Positions 48,379-59,458 of a stretch of 64,000 nucleotides of DNA are shown here, piece by piece (positions within the stretch are counted from its first letter, which is position 1; every line of letters begins with the position of its first letter). The DNA lies in sequence record SRR22947725_654. One strand, written 5' to 3'. The position numbers and the translations under genes are program-made. The notes beneath the pieces were generated by a model. The model was given only the letters and a program-made list of their open reading frames with translations. It had not been told where the DNA came from and ran no database searches.

Positions 48379-49307
48379 ACTAATTGGTATAGATAACTGG
48401 CCAGAATCGTCAGTAAAATTAAACCTCCAAACCGGTTGATTCTTAACTTCAAAGAGAAGATAAGAATCAACAATGTAAAGATAAGCATATAAATATAGTC
48501 TCTACTCATCACTTCTGAAGGAATTTGAAAAGGAAGGATTAATCCTGGAATGGCTAAAACACCTAATGAATTAAATAAATTGGAGCCAATAATATTGCCA
48601 ATAATCATTTGATGTTGTTTTTTTAATACACTACTAATGGCAACAGCTAGTTCTGGCAAGCTTGTACCCAATGCAACCACTGTTAATCCAATAATCAAGT
48701 CACTCACTCCAAAAGTTAATGCGAGATTTGTACCGCCCCAAACAACAAGCCTGGCGCTTGATACAAGTATTACTAAGGATATGATTAGAAGAAGCCAAGT
48801 TTTACCTTTGGATTGATCTTTATTTATGTCTTCAGAGACTTCATTTTCAAGATTATTGTCTTTTTTTGACTCGTTAAAAACATAATATAAGAATAGCAAA
48901 AGTAGTATTAGTAGAATGGAGCCATCGACAAAACTTAAAAAGCCATCCATTAGTAAGAACCCAATCACTAAGGTGGATAAAAATAGAAAGAGCCATTCTT
49001 TTTTTAAGACATTTTTTTCTACAATTACTGGATGGATAATTGCAGCAACTGCAAGCACTAAGCCAATATTAAAAATGTTTGAGCCAAATGCATTTCCAAT
49101 ACTTAATTCAGGATGACCATCATAAGCAGCAAGTCCAGAGACTAACATCTCTGGTGCTGAGGTACCAAAACCAAAGATCAATAAGCCAATAATTAGTGGT
49201 GAAATGTTAAATATTCTGGCTATTTTAGCGCCATTATCTGTAAATGCATCAGCACTCCAAACAAGTAAGGTGAAACCAATTAAAAGAGATACGACTGAGA
49301 TAAGCAT
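48369..49307 (-). CDS. Calcium/sodium antiporter (YrbG family)
   Basis: Two alpha repeats GTSAPE...GNAFGSN and GTSLPE...GNIIGSN. Confidence 0.92.
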   Translation of the reverse strand: MLISVVSLLIGFTLLVWSADAFTDNGAKIARIFNISPLIIGLLIFGFGTSAPEMLVSGLAAYDGHPELSIGNAFGSNIFNIGLVLAVAAIIHPVIVEKNVLKKEWLFLFLSTLVIGFLLMDGFLSFVDGSILLILLLLFLYYVFNESKKDNNLENEVSEDINKDQSKGKTWLLLIISLVILVSSARLVVWGGTNLALTFGVSDLIIGLTVVALGTSLPELAVAISSVLKKQHQMIIGNIIGSNLFNSLGVLAIPGLILPFQIPSEVMSRDYIYMLIFTLLILIFSLKLRINRFGGLILLTILASYLYQLVWI

Positions 49308-49448
49308 AGTAATGTTAAAAATAATTTAACATTCATTATAGAGTCATCGAAGTTTGATTTTAATAAACACGTTTGTATTAATATTCTAATACTGACATCG
49401 ATATTGATAAACACTAGATTTATAAAGTCAAATATCTATAATAAATAA

Positions 49449-50177
49449 ATGATCCTCATTACAAGACCAGTTTCTCAAACTAAAAACTTAGAGTTGCTTC
49501 TAAATAAAAGAAATATTGATTATGCTTTGTTTCCTGCTTTTGAGATCATCAAAATTCAGACTGCAGCTCCTGTTGAAAAATACGATATTATTATTTTTAT
49601 AAGTGTCAATGCAGTTAGTTATGCAGAAGAACACTTTGATGAATTATTCAGTGATTCTTCTAAAGTTTTTGCAGTTGGGCCAGCAACGGCAAATCAATTG
49701 TTAAAGAAAAATATTGCAGTTGATTGTTTTCCAAAAAAAAATGCCTCAAGTCAAGAACTTTTAAAAATCAAAGAATGTTCAGAGCTATCGAATAGAAAAA
49801 TATTAATTGTTAGAGGAAAGGGTGGGTCAGAAACTTTAAAAAATTATTTGATTGCATCTAATCAAGTAGATTATCTAGAAGTTTATGAGAGAATTCCATG
49901 CAAGCTGAGCAAAATCCATAAAGAGTCTTTAGTATCATTTGTGAGTCACCCTGATGGAGTATTAATGGCAACTAGTAATGAGAGTCTAGTCAATATCATT
50001 CAGCTAGTTTCGAGTGCTTCTCCAAACTATTTTGAAATTTTAAAGTCAAGAAGAATGATTGTTTTTAGTGAAAGAATTAAATCCACAGCAAAAAAACTAG
50101 GATTTAAAAAAATTGAAGTTACGCAAAACCCCTCTGATGAAGATTTTGCTGACATTTTATTTAATAAAAAGTTATAA
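49449..50177 (+). CDS. hemD: Uroporphyrinogen-III synthase
   Basis: ILITRP, IFISVNAV, AVGPATA, RGKGG, EVYER. Confidence 0.9.
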   Translation: MILITRPVSQTKNLELLLNKRNIDYALFPAFEIIKIQTAAPVEKYDIIIFISVNAVSYAEEHFDELFSDSSKVFAVGPATANQLLKKNIAVDCFPKKNASSQELLKIKECSELSNRKILIVRGKGGSETLKNYLIASNQVDYLEVYERIPCKLSKIHKESLVSFVSHPDGVLMATSNESLVNIIQLVSSASPNYFEILKSRRMIVFSERIKSTAKKLGFKKIEVTQNPSDEDFADILFNKKL

Positions 50178-50200
50178 AAAAATGCACAAATATAAATTGT

Positions 50201-50686
50201 TTGGGTAACATACATAAAACTATATCAGGAGTTCAGGTGATTAGATTTGGAATTTCATGGGTGGCACGTCTGCTGGGAGTTAGTGGCTTCACCGTTCAAC
50301 AACCCACAACCCGCGGCTCTCTTCAAGATCTAAATATTTCTGAACGAATCATCCCCTTCAATCCAAGTAACTTAGCTTTAGACGAATCTCATTTGAAAAG
50401 TGATTCTGAAGCTACAAAGCATTTGAAACGGTTTCAAGAAACTCAGGTGAAGTTGAAAAGAGATTCGGATTTAATAGACGCTAGTAATGATCAAGATTTA
50501 GTTTCTGTAATTGCTACTTTGAAATCTAAGTTATATCAAGAGTCAATCAAAAGTAAGCACTATACAAATGCCTTTAATGAGCTCAATGAAAGACTAATTG
50601 AGCTTGAAAAGATTGTGCAGCCAGAAAAGAAAACAGATTTTCAAAAACTGCAGGGTTGGGTTCACTCAAAAAGGCATTTCCACTAA
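50201..50686 (+). CDS. Hypothetical protein with coiled-coil-like C-terminal half
   Basis: 161-aa ORF (TTG start uncertain) filling the hemD-infA gap; no recognisable motif. Confidence 0.6.
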   Translation: MGNIHKTISGVQVIRFGISWVARLLGVSGFTVQQPTTRGSLQDLNISERIIPFNPSNLALDESHLKSDSEATKHLKRFQETQVKLKRDSDLIDASNDQDLVSVIATLKSKLYQESIKSKHYTNAFNELNERLIELEKIVQPEKKTDFQKLQGWVHSKRHFH

Positions 50687-50778
50687 TCTTTCATTCTTAA
50701 GTTTTTCTTTCTACCCATAAAATACTTCAATTCAGTTTGAATTTTTTTATGAACGCATACCTAATATCAATATTACAA

Positions 50779-50807
50779 TTGGCGTCAAATAACTAATTAG
50801 GTATAAT
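50779..50807 (+). promoter_or_regulatory. Putative sigma70 promoter of infA-tRNA-Leu
   Basis: TTGGCG-17 bp-TATAAT. Confidence 0.55.
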
Positions 50808-50835
50808 ATTACTTGGTTTTTTAATTAATATAAAT

Positions 50836-51054
50836 ATGTCAAAAAGTGATTACATTGAGTTAGAGGGTGTCGTAAAGGAAAAGTTACCCAACACAACTTT
50901 TAAAGTTGAGTTGGAAAATGGCCATAGCGTTCTTGCTCATATCTCAGGAAAGATTCGTAAACACTATATACGCATATTACCTGGCGATAAGGTAACTGTC
51001 GAAATGACTCCTTATGATTTGACCAAAGGTAGAATTACTTTCAGACATAAATAA
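50836..51054 (+). CDS. infA: Translation initiation factor IF-1
   Basis: [43 protein letters not shown]. Confidence 0.98.
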   Translation: MSKSDYIELEGVVKEKLPNTTFKVELENGHSVLAHISGKIRKHYIRILPGDKVTVEMTPYDLTKGRITFRHK

Positions 51055-51063
51055 ACTTGATAA

Positions 51064-51150
51064 GCCAGTGTGGTGGAATTGGTAGACACGCCGGATTCAA
51101 AATCCGGTTCCTTCACGGGAGTGACGGTTCGAGCCCGTCCACTGGTACCA
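51064..51150 (+). tRNA. tRNA-Leu (CAA)
   Basis: Acceptor stem GCCAGTG/CACTGGT with ACCA end, D-loop GGAATTGGTAGAC, anticodon arm CCGGA-TTCAAAA-TCCGG, long variable arm, T-loop TTCGAG. Confidence 0.97.
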
Positions 51151-51216
51151 ACTGTGAATTATTGAGTAATTCATATATAAAATATAAAATTAACGTTCTT
51201 TCACTAGGATTTTAAA

Positions 51217-51450
51217 ATGGATAACAACCTGCTAAGTGATGCAATAACTTTGACCATGTTTGGTATGGGATTTGTTTTTGTATTTTTAGCATTGATGGTT
51301 GTTGTTACAAACCTAATGTCAAAGTTCGTAACAAAAATTCAGCCTTCAATGAATGTTTCTGCATCGATGAGCTCTGAATCTTCGATGGAAATTGATGAAA
51401 AGACAAGAGCTATTATAGAGGCAGCAATAAAAATGCATATACAGAGATAA
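51217..51450 (+). CDS. oadG: Oxaloacetate decarboxylase gamma subunit
   Basis: Single TM GMGFVFVFL, C-terminal AIIEAAIKMH. Confidence 0.9.
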   Translation: MDNNLLSDAITLTMFGMGFVFVFLALMVVVTNLMSKFVTKIQPSMNVSASMSSESSMEIDEKTRAIIEAAIKMHIQR

Positions 51451-51453
51451 ATC

Positions 51454-53253
51454 ATGTCAACAAAAGAAAATAATAAACCTGTTCAAATTACTGAGTTAGT
51501 GCTTCGAGATGGACACCAGTCACTCTTTGCAACAAGAATGCGAATTGATGATATGCTCCCTATAGCGGAAAAATTAGATCAGATTGGCTACTGGTCAATG
51601 GAATCTTGGGGCGGGGCAACTTTTGATGCTTGTATTCGTTTTCTTGGAGAAGATCCATGGGAAAGAATTCGTGAAATCAAAAAAGTTATGCCTAATACGC
51701 CTCAGCAGATGCTTCTCAGAGCTCAAAATTTGCTTGGTTACAGACATTACAGTGATGATGTGGTTAGAAAGTTTGTTGATCGTTGTGCAGAGAACGGGGT
51801 TGGCGTATTAAGAATATTTGATGCAATGAATGATACGCGCAATCTTAAGACTGCCATTGATCAAACGGTCAAGACAGGGGCGCATGCTCAAGGAACAATA
51901 TCCTATACAGTCAGTCCTGTTCATACTACTGAGCTTTGGATTGATATGGCAAAAGAAATCGAAGAAATGGGTGCCCATTCTTTGTGTATCAAAGATATGG
52001 CTGGCTTGCTTCAGCCTTATGTTGCTTTTGATCTTGTTAAAAAGTTAAAAAAAGCTATTGATATTCCTATTCAGCTTCATGCACATGCAACTACAGGGCT
52101 TTCTACTGCATGTATTATTAAGGCTGTTGAGGCTGGTATTGACCGAGTAGATACGTGTATTGGGTCAATGAGCATGACTTATAGTCACTCTGCGACAAAT
52201 TCTGTAGTCTCAATCCTTGAGGCGAGCCCAAGAAAAACTGGCTTAGATTTAAATAAACTTGAGGAAATTGATCAGTACTTTAAGCCAATAAGATCCAAGT
52301 ACGCAAAGTTTGAAGGCTCTCTTAAGGGTGTTGACTCAAGAATTTTGACATCTCAGGTGCCCGGTGGAATGCTCACCAATATGGAAGGTCAACTAAAAGA
52401 ACAAAATGCACTAGATAAGATGGATGAGGTTCTATTAGAAATTCCACTTGTCAGAAAAGATCTAGGATATATTCCACTTGTCACTCCAACTTCACAAATC
52501 GTAGGCACTCAATCAGTGCTTAATGTCCTGACAGGAGAGAGATATAAGACAATTACTAAAGAGTCGGCAGGCATATTGAAAGGTGAGTATGGATCAGCTC
52601 CAGCGCCTGTTAATAAAGAATTACAAGAAAGAGTATTGGAGGGTTCGAAGGCTATTACATGCCGACCAGCAGATAATATTGAGCCTGAGCTAGGCGTTTT
52701 AGAGTCTGAGTTTGATAAAATTGTTTCTGAGAAGGGCATCAGGGTTGCTGATCAGAAAATTGATGATTTAATGACTTACGCACTTTTCCCACAAGTTGGA
52801 ATAAAATTTTTAGAGAATAGAGACAATCCAGACTTTTTTGAACCAGTCCCTGTTGCTGAAACTGAATCCTCAAAAGATCAAAAAGATGAGGGAGTCTATA
52901 CTGTTTCATTTAAAGGACAGTCTTATACTGTTAATGTATCTGCTGGAGGAACTATAACTTCAATGGGGTCCTCTTCAGATCAATCTACTCAGAGTTCTGA
53001 AACTTTAGATGACGAATCAAAAGCTCCACTTGTAAATGGAAAAGAAGATATTTCTGCGCCACTTTCAGGAACCATATGGAAGACTCTTGTCACTCCAAAC
53101 CAGAGTGTTAAGAAAGGTGATACCTTAATTGTTTTAGAGGCCATGAAGATGGAAACTGAAATAAAAGCAACGTGTTCAGGTGTTGTGGTTAGTGTTGATG
53201 TCAAAGAGGGCGACTCAGTTACTGTTGGCCAACTTCTTCTTTCTTTGGGTTAG
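51454..53253 (+). CDS. oadA: Oxaloacetate decarboxylase alpha subunit
   Basis: [30 protein letters not shown], biotinyl motif EAMKM. Confidence 0.95.
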   Translation: MSTKENNKPVQITELVLRDGHQSLFATRMRIDDMLPIAEKLDQIGYWSMESWGGATFDACIRFLGEDPWERIREIKKVMPNTPQQMLLRAQNLLGYRHYSDDVVRKFVDRCAENGVGVLRIFDAMNDTRNLKTAIDQTVKTGAHAQGTISYTVSPVHTTELWIDMAKEIEEMGAHSLCIKDMAGLLQPYVAFDLVKKLKKAIDIPIQLHAHATTGLSTACIIKAVEAGIDRVDTCIGSMSMTYSHSATNSVVSILEASPRKTGLDLNKLEEIDQYFKPIRSKYAKFEGSLKGVDSRILTSQVPGGMLTNMEGQLKEQNALDKMDEVLLEIPLVRKDLGYIPLVTPTSQIVGTQSVLNVLTGERYKTITKESAGILKGEYGSAPAPVNKELQERVLEGSKAITCRPADNIEPELGVLESEFDKIVSEKGIRVADQKIDDLMTYALFPQVGIKFLENRDNPDFFEPVPVAETESSKDQKDEGVYTVSFKGQSYTVNVSAGGTITSMGSSSDQSTQSSETLDDESKAPLVNGKEDISAPLSGTIWKTLVTPNQSVKKGDTLIVLEAMKMETEIKATCSGVVVSVDVKEGDSVTVGQLLLSLG

Positions 53254-53255
53254 AT

Positions 53256-54386
53256 ATGGATCAATTCAGTTTGCTTTGGACAAATACAGGGCTTTATCAG
53301 ATGAGCTGGGGGCAAGGCTTAATGCTTCTAGTTGGCATCTTGTTGATTTACTTAGCCATTGTAAAAAAGTTTGAGCCACTTTTACTTCTTCCAATCGGTT
53401 TTGGTGCACTACTAAGTAATATTCCAGGGGCCAACTTGGCTGTAGATGGCGGTATATTGCATCTTTTTTACATGGTTGGAATTGAGTCAGGCGCTTTTCC
53501 ACTAATTATTTTTATGGGTGTTGGCGCAATGACAGACTTTGGCCCACTCCTTGCAAATCCAAAAACATTACTTCTAGGAGCCGCAGCTCAGTTTGGTATT
53601 TTTGCTACTTTGTTAGGTGCTGTTGGATTATCAGTTATTGGTATTTTTGACTTTAATTTAAAGCAAGCTGCCGCCATTGGAATTATTGGCGGTGCAGATG
53701 GCCCGACCTCAATTTACGTGGCATCCATACTGGCACCAGAGCTACTGGGTGCTATTGCTGTGGCATCATATTCATATATGGCACTCGTACCGTTGATTCA
53801 GCCACCCATTATGAGAGCGTTTACAAATGAAAATGAAAGAAAAATTAAAATGGTGCAGTTAAGGGAGGTTTCTAAGGCTGAAAAAATAGTTTTTCCAATT
53901 ATCCTTCTTTTATTAGTTGCTCTTCTTTTGCCAGCAGCAGCTCCTCTTTTGGGAATGTTTGCCTTCGGTAATTTAATGAAGGAGTCTGGCGTTGTTGATC
54001 GTCTTAGTGATACAACTCAGAACGCTATGATTAATATTGTGACTATATTTCTGGGTCTTGCAGTAGGTTCTAAACTGATGGCGGACAAATTTCTTCAATT
54101 AGATACATTGGGTATTTTGTTGTTAGGGTTGGTTGCATTCTCAATAGGAACAATGTGCGGCTTATTAATGGCAAAACTAATGAATGTCTTTAGTAAAAAT
54201 AAAATTAATCCTTTGATTGGGTCCGCTGGCGTTTCTGCAGTTCCAATGGCCGCTAGAGTCTCTAACAAAGTTGGCCTAGAGTCTGACTCAAATAACTTTT
54301 TACTGATGCACGCAATGGGTCCAAACGTTGCAGGCGTAATTGGCTCAGCAATTGCAGCTGGAATAATGATTCAGTTTTTAGCCTAG
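53256..54386 (+). CDS. oadB: Na+-translocating decarboxylase beta subunit
   Basis: [45 protein letters not shown]. Confidence 0.96.
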   Translation: MDQFSLLWTNTGLYQMSWGQGLMLLVGILLIYLAIVKKFEPLLLLPIGFGALLSNIPGANLAVDGGILHLFYMVGIESGAFPLIIFMGVGAMTDFGPLLANPKTLLLGAAAQFGIFATLLGAVGLSVIGIFDFNLKQAAAIGIIGGADGPTSIYVASILAPELLGAIAVASYSYMALVPLIQPPIMRAFTNENERKIKMVQLREVSKAEKIVFPIILLLLVALLLPAAAPLLGMFAFGNLMKESGVVDRLSDTTQNAMINIVTIFLGLAVGSKLMADKFLQLDTLGILLLGLVAFSIGTMCGLLMAKLMNVFSKNKINPLIGSAGVSAVPMAARVSNKVGLESDSNNFLLMHAMGPNVAGVIGSAIAAGIMIQFLA

Positions 54387-54417
54387 TTCGATAAGTTTTT
54401 TTACTTTCCCGTTATAC

Positions 54418-55089
54418 TTAAATAAGCCTTTGATTACTTAACTCTAGCTTTCTGTCCATCATATTGGCGATACTCAAATCATGCGTGACAATCAAAAGCG
54501 CAGTTCTTTTGCTATCGTTAAGCTCAATAATTAAATCTAAAACATCCTTGGCATTCTTTGCATCCAGGTTCCCAGTAGGCTCATCCGCCAATAGACAGAC
54601 AGGCTCTGAAATCATAGCCCTTGCAATAGCCACCCTTTGTCTTTCTCCTCCTGATAACTGAGACGGTTTATGCTTTAGGCGTTTTTCAAGCCCAACTTTC
54701 TTTAATATATCTTCAGCTAATTTAACTGCTTCTCTCTTGTCAATACCTTTAATCAATAAAGGTAAGGAGACATTATAGAGTGAGGAGAAATCATTTAGTA
54801 AATGATGAAATTGATAAACAAAGCCTAAATTCTTAGAGCGCAACTCTGTTCTATCTTTTTCATTTAGCTTCGCTATATTTGAGTTGTTAATCAATACATC
54901 ACCTGTGGATGATTTATCTAATCCAGCAATCAAATTAAGTAGTGTAGATTTCCCGCATCCTGACTGACCAATAATTGCAACCTTTTCACCCGGTTTAACC
55001 TCAAAATTTAAGTTATCTAATACCGTAGTTTTGTTTTCACCCTCGGAATACGAGAAGCATAAAGATCGACATTCAATAATGTTACTCAT
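54418..55089 (-). CDS. lolD: Lipoprotein-releasing ABC transporter ATPase
   Basis: GQSGCGKST, GFVYQFHHLL, LSGGERQRVAIARA, ADEPTGNLD. Confidence 0.93.
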   Translation of the reverse strand: MSNIIECRSLCFSYSEGENKTTVLDNLNFEVKPGEKVAIIGQSGCGKSTLLNLIAGLDKSSTGDVLINNSNIAKLNEKDRTELRSKNLGFVYQFHHLLNDFSSLYNVSLPLLIKGIDKREAVKLAEDILKKVGLEKRLKHKPSQLSGGERQRVAIARAMISEPVCLLADEPTGNLDAKNAKDVLDLIIELNDSKRTALLIVTHDLSIANMMDRKLELSNQRLI

Positions 55090-56317
55090 GTCTTAGCACC
55101 TCAGAAATGTTTACTTTTCCAGCTCGTCTGGCAGGATAGATTGATGCAAGAATAACTAATATAAATGCCCCAAAGACTATACTCAAGACATCACTCAGAA
55201 GAATTTTGGATGGAAATCGATTAATATAAAAGACATCCTTAGGAAAAAATTGAAACCCAATAATGCTCTCAATTCCAGAGATAACTGATTCAATATTTAG
55301 AGCCAAAAGTAACCCAAGACCTGTGCCGACTGTAATTCCAATCAGGCCAATGCTTATACCCTGATAAAAAAATATTTTCACAATGCGTTTTGGTGTCATT
55401 CCAATAGTCCTTAGAATGGCAATATCCGATTTTTTGTCGGTAACAACCATAACCATCATAGAGACAATATTAAATGCTGCTACAGCAATGATCAGAGAGA
55501 GAATAATTGCAATCATTTGCTTTTCTAAGTTTAATGCCCTAATAAAGTGTTTTTGTTGCTGCATCCAGTCAACACCATAGTATCCATCTCCTAATGAGCC
55601 AACAACCTTATCTGTAATTGCATTTGCCTCAAATAAATCATTAACCTTGAGACGTATGCCAGAAACTTTATTGCCTAAGCCAAAAAGATCTTGAGCATCA
55701 TAAAGATGAATAAATGCTAAACCGTTATTGTAGTCATTTAATCCAGCATTAAAAATACCACTAACACTAAATGTTTGAGAAATTGGAACAAGGGTACCAA
55801 GGGAGTTTCTAGCAGGCGCAATAAGGGTAATCTTATCACCAATACCAGTTCCCATGAGTGTTGCTAAACCAACACCCAGCAAAACTGAGGTCTCGTCTTC
55901 ATTTAAACTAAGAGAGCCATATTTAATGTCATCTAGAAGAGCAGAGGTGGAGGGCTCTTGATCTATAAGTATTCCTCTAATGCTGACACCCTGTGAAGCA
56001 CTTTTTGAGGTCATTAGAGCAAACTCTTCTACAAAGGGAGACGATGCTAAAACACTATCCTGGGAGTCAATCTTTTTTTGGAGATCACCCCAATTTTCAA
56101 GAGTATCATCTGAGCCTGTAATATAAGAATGAGAGATGGTATTTAAAACCCTGTTGGTTAATTCTTCATGGAAACCATTCATTACAGACATGACAGTAAT
56201 TAAAGACATAACAGCTAAGATTAGGCCAACCATTGAAACACCAGAAATAAAAGAAACAAAGCCCTTTTTTCTGCTTGATCGCAAATATTTGTTAGAAATA
56301 TGAAATTCAACACTCAT
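55082..56317 (-). CDS. Lipoprotein-releasing ABC transporter permease (LolC/LolE family)
   Basis: FVSFIS, VMSVMNGF, IAVAAFNIVS, KKSDIAILRTIG, YPARRA. Confidence 0.93.
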   Translation of the reverse strand: MSVEFHISNKYLRSSRKKGFVSFISGVSMVGLILAVMSLITVMSVMNGFHEELTNRVLNTISHSYITGSDDTLENWGDLQKKIDSQDSVLASSPFVEEFALMTSKSASQGVSIRGILIDQEPSTSALLDDIKYGSLSLNEDETSVLLGVGLATLMGTGIGDKITLIAPARNSLGTLVPISQTFSVSGIFNAGLNDYNNGLAFIHLYDAQDLFGLGNKVSGIRLKVNDLFEANAITDKVVGSLGDGYYGVDWMQQQKHFIRALNLEKQMIAIILSLIIAVAAFNIVSMMVMVVTDKKSDIAILRTIGMTPKRIVKIFFYQGISIGLIGITVGTGLGLLLALNIESVISGIESIIGFQFFPKDVFYINRFPSKILLSDVLSIVFGAFILVILASIYPARRAGKVNISEVLRHE

Positions 56318-56369
56318 GATCGGAATATTTTGTCATAATAAATGTTTTAAAGGTAATTAAAGTTATCAA

Positions 56370-57338
56370 ATGTTAAGTAATCAAAGTTTTATAAACCATA
56401 ATAAGTTTGGCTTGATTAACTTTATGCTTCTTCCTTTTTCTGCTATTTTTTTTATTTTGTCATCCATTCGATTATGGCTTTATAAGCTCAGAATTCTAAA
56501 AATAAATGATTCATCTTTGCCAGTCATAGTGGTAGGAAATATAACAGTAGGCGGAACAGGAAAAACGCCGATTGTCATTTCTATTGTCAATTATTTAGAG
56601 TCTCAGAATAAAAAAGTAGGGGTTGTTTCAAGAGGCTATGGCGGCAAATATTTCCAAGATTCTGTAGAGGTTAGCATGACCAGTGACCCAATACAATGTG
56701 GAGATGAGCCTTTATTGATTAAACAACAGACCGAAGTACCAGTTGTAGTAGCAAAAAAAAGAACAAAAGCAATTGAGTTTTTAATTAAAAAGTATTCATT
56801 GGATGTTATTGTCAGTGATGATGGCCTTCAGCACTATTCTATGGGTCGTGATATTGAAATTGCCGTGATAGATGGCCATAGTCGTTTGGGTAATGGTTTT
56901 TTCCTACCAGCTGGGCCCCTTAGAGAAGCTAAAAGTAGACTCAAATCAGTCGATTTCATCATTAATAATGGCTCTCATTTCGAGGGTGAAGTTTCAAGTG
57001 AAATTGAACCGCATGAATATATAAATTTACTTACTAATGAAGTTAAGGGGCTTGAGTATTTCAAAGAAAAAAAATGTTACGCAGTAGCTGGAATTAGTAA
57101 GCCAGATAATTTCTTTTTTATACTTCAGAAAAATGGAGTCAAATTGATCCCCAAACCCTTCCCAGACCATTACGCTTTTTCTGAAAAGGATCTGGCTTTT
57201 AACGAAAATCATCCTATCATAATGACCTCAAAGGATTGTGTAAAATGTGTTTCATTTGCAACTGAACAAATGTGGTATTTGTCTGTAAGTGCAAAAATTA
57301 ATTCTAATTTTTATCAGCAATTGGAGTCTAAGTTTTGA
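56370..57338 (+). CDS. lpxK: Tetraacyldisaccharide 4'-kinase
   Basis: VGNITVGGTGKTP, SRGYGG, GDEP, DDGLQHY, PAGPLRE, FPDHY. Confidence 0.96.
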   Translation: MLSNQSFINHNKFGLINFMLLPFSAIFFILSSIRLWLYKLRILKINDSSLPVIVVGNITVGGTGKTPIVISIVNYLESQNKKVGVVSRGYGGKYFQDSVEVSMTSDPIQCGDEPLLIKQQTEVPVVVAKKRTKAIEFLIKKYSLDVIVSDDGLQHYSMGRDIEIAVIDGHSRLGNGFFLPAGPLREAKSRLKSVDFIINNGSHFEGEVSSEIEPHEYINLLTNEVKGLEYFKEKKCYAVAGISKPDNFFFILQKNGVKLIPKPFPDHYAFSEKDLAFNENHPIIMTSKDCVKCVSFATEQMWYLSVSAKINSNFYQQLESKF

Positions 57339-57505
57339 TTGATAATGATTTGTTAAAAATGTTGGTTTGTCCGCAAAGTAAAGCGCCTTTAAGATTTGAG
57401 GAGGGTGAGTTAGTATGCGAAAAGAGTGGACTGGCTTATCCAATTATTGATGGCATTCCGATACTTCTTGTAGAGGAAGCCAGAAAAATAGACTCTAAAA
57501 AATAA
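57335..57505 (+). CDS. ycaR: Trm112-family protein YcaR (56 aa, missing from the ORF track)
   Basis: TTG start overlapping the lpxK stop; MIDNDLLKMLVCPQSKAPL...LAYPIIDGIPILLVEEARKI; lpxK-ycaR-kdsB synteny. Confidence 0.9.
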   Translation: MIDNDLLKMLVCPQSKAPLRFEEGELVCEKSGLAYPIIDGIPILLVEEARKIDSKK

Positions 57506-58242
57506 TGGGCTTTTCCGTTATTATTCCTGCCAGGTATGCATCAAGTCGCCTTCCAGCAAAGATGCTAAAAGAGATTAATGGAAAATCGCTTATAGAGCAT
57601 ACTTATTCTAATGCAATTAAAAGTAATGCGAGTCGTGTCATTATTGCTACTGATGATGAAAGAATAAAAACTGTTGCAGAAGGTTTTGGAGCAGAAGTCT
57701 GCATGACAAATGATAGCCATACTTCAGGAACTTCCAGGATAGCTGAGGCTGTATCGTTTTTAAACTTCCAGAATGATGATGTGATTGTTAATTTGCAAGG
57801 TGATGAGCCTATGATGAGTCCAAGTGCAATCAACCAGGTAGCATCAAATCTGGTTAGTTCTGGAATGAGCGTTGCTACTTTGTGCGAAGCAATTGATACT
57901 GTGGATGCATACTTTGATGAGAATTGTGTGAAAGTTGTATATAATTCGCGCGGTAGAGCAATGTATTTTTCTAGATCTCCGGTACCTGCTTTCAGGGATG
58001 GCGAAAACATTAATTTAGATTTATGTTTTAGGCATATCGGTTTATACGCCTATCGAGTAAATTTTTTGAAAAATTACAGTAATATGCCTATATCAAGACT
58101 AGAGACGGCTGAAAAATTGGAGCAACTTACTTTCCTGATGGAGGGCTTTGATATACATGTTGACGTTTCGTTTGCTTCAACTGGATATGGTGTTGACACA
58201 GAAAGTGATTTAATAAAAGTTAAAAAGGAATTAAAAAAATGA
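57505..58242 (+). CDS. kdsB: 3-deoxy-manno-octulosonate cytidylyltransferase
   Basis: IIPARYASSRLP.K, SGTSR, NLQGDEP, YFSRSP, EKLEQL. Confidence 0.96.
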   Translation: MGFSVIIPARYASSRLPAKMLKEINGKSLIEHTYSNAIKSNASRVIIATDDERIKTVAEGFGAEVCMTNDSHTSGTSRIAEAVSFLNFQNDDVIVNLQGDEPMMSPSAINQVASNLVSSGMSVATLCEAIDTVDAYFDENCVKVVYNSRGRAMYFSRSPVPAFRDGENINLDLCFRHIGLYAYRVNFLKNYSNMPISRLETAEKLEQLTFLMEGFDIHVDVSFASTGYGVDTESDLIKVKKELKK

Positions 58243-59072
58243 ATATTATTGATGGTAAAGAGATTGCAAAAAACTTACGTCTAAAGATCGCTGACGAGGT
58301 TAGAGCTCTTGAGCGTCCCCCGGGACTTGCGGTCATCCTGGTAGGTGAAGATCCAGCTTCAGCTGTCTATGTTAGGAATAAAGAGCTGGCGTGTAAACAG
58401 GCAGGATTCTTTTCAGATAAAATTATAAAATCAGAGAACATTACTGAAGAGCAGTTATTAGAGGAAGTAGAGCGCCTTAATAATAATCCTCATATTGACG
58501 GTATTCTTGTGCAGCTCCCGTTGCCAAGTCATATTAATGCAAATAAGGTGATCGAGCATATCTCCCCCTATAAGGATGTAGATGGCTTTCATAGTGAGAA
58601 TATTGGAAAATTAATGCAGAATAAGTCTCACTTAAGACCCTGTACGCCAAAGGGCGTGATGACCATGCTTGATTCAGTTAATTGCAAAGTTGAAGGAATG
58701 AATTGTGTTGTTATTGGTGCCTCAAATATTGTAGGAAGGCCAATGGCTATGGAGCTTCTCAATGCAAGAGGCACGGTCACAATATGTAATAGTAAAACTA
58801 AAGATCTGGCTGATAAGGTGAGACAAGCAGATATTGTTGTTGTGGGTGTTGGTAGGCCTCAAATGGTCAAAGGGGATTGGATTAAAGAGGGCGCAATTGT
58901 AATTGATATTGGAATTAATAGACTGGAAGATGGGTCACTGGTAGGAGATGCAGATTTTGATGCAATTAAAGATATTGCTGGAGGAATAACCCCTGTTCCT
59001 GGCGGTGTAGGTCCAATGACTATAGCAACTCTTCTTGAAAATACTTTAATCGCCTACAAGCAAAATTTATGA
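58239..59072 (+). CDS. folD: Bifunctional methylenetetrahydrofolate dehydrogenase/cyclohydrolase
   Basis: YVRNK, GILVQLPLP, KDVDGFH, PCTP.G, TPVPGGVGPMT. Confidence 0.97.
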   Translation: MNIIDGKEIAKNLRLKIADEVRALERPPGLAVILVGEDPASAVYVRNKELACKQAGFFSDKIIKSENITEEQLLEEVERLNNNPHIDGILVQLPLPSHINANKVIEHISPYKDVDGFHSENIGKLMQNKSHLRPCTPKGVMTMLDSVNCKVEGMNCVVIGASNIVGRPMAMELLNARGTVTICNSKTKDLADKVRQADIVVVGVGRPQMVKGDWIKEGAIVIDIGINRLEDGSLVGDADFDAIKDIAGGITPVPGGVGPMTIATLLENTLIAYKQNL

Positions 59073-59434
59073 GAATTTTTCTAAAATTACTAAGAGAAGG
59101 CTCTGGAAGGTTACTAATCTTTATTGACTGGGTGTTTAGACCATCAATCATTAAACGAAGTGATGAAGAGCAGATGATTGTAGATCAGAAAACTGAATCT
59201 TTAAAATTGTATGAGTTCTATGCGTGCCCTTTTTGTGTCAAGACTCGAAGAGCAATCAAGCGCTTAAATCTAAAAGTTGAGACTAGAAATGCACAAGAGC
59301 GTAGCTACAGAACAGAGCTTGAATCAAGTGGTGGAAAGATACAGGTTCCATGCCTTCAAATTAGTCAAGATGGAGAGGTAAACTGGCTATACGAGTCAAA
59401 CGATATTATTGGTTATCTGGACAAACATTTTTAA
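59069..59434 (+). CDS. Glutaredoxin-like (GST N-terminal domain) protein
   Basis: CPFC active site, GGKIQVPCL, LYES.DII. Confidence 0.88.
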   Translation: MRIFLKLLREGSGRLLIFIDWVFRPSIIKRSDEEQMIVDQKTESLKLYEFYACPFCVKTRRAIKRLNLKVETRNAQERSYRTELESSGGKIQVPCLQISQDGEVNWLYESNDIIGYLDKHF

Positions 59435-59458
59435 CTAACTTTATGAGTTTTCTCAAAA

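Noticed and set aside
51064-51216. tRNA-Leu as an island integration site
   Set aside because: No integrase is adjacent, no duplicated tRNA 3' end was seen, and core genes lie on both sides.
57252-57443. Minus-strand 63-aa ORF in the ORF track
   Set aside because: Shadow of the lpxK 3' end and the real ycaR gene.
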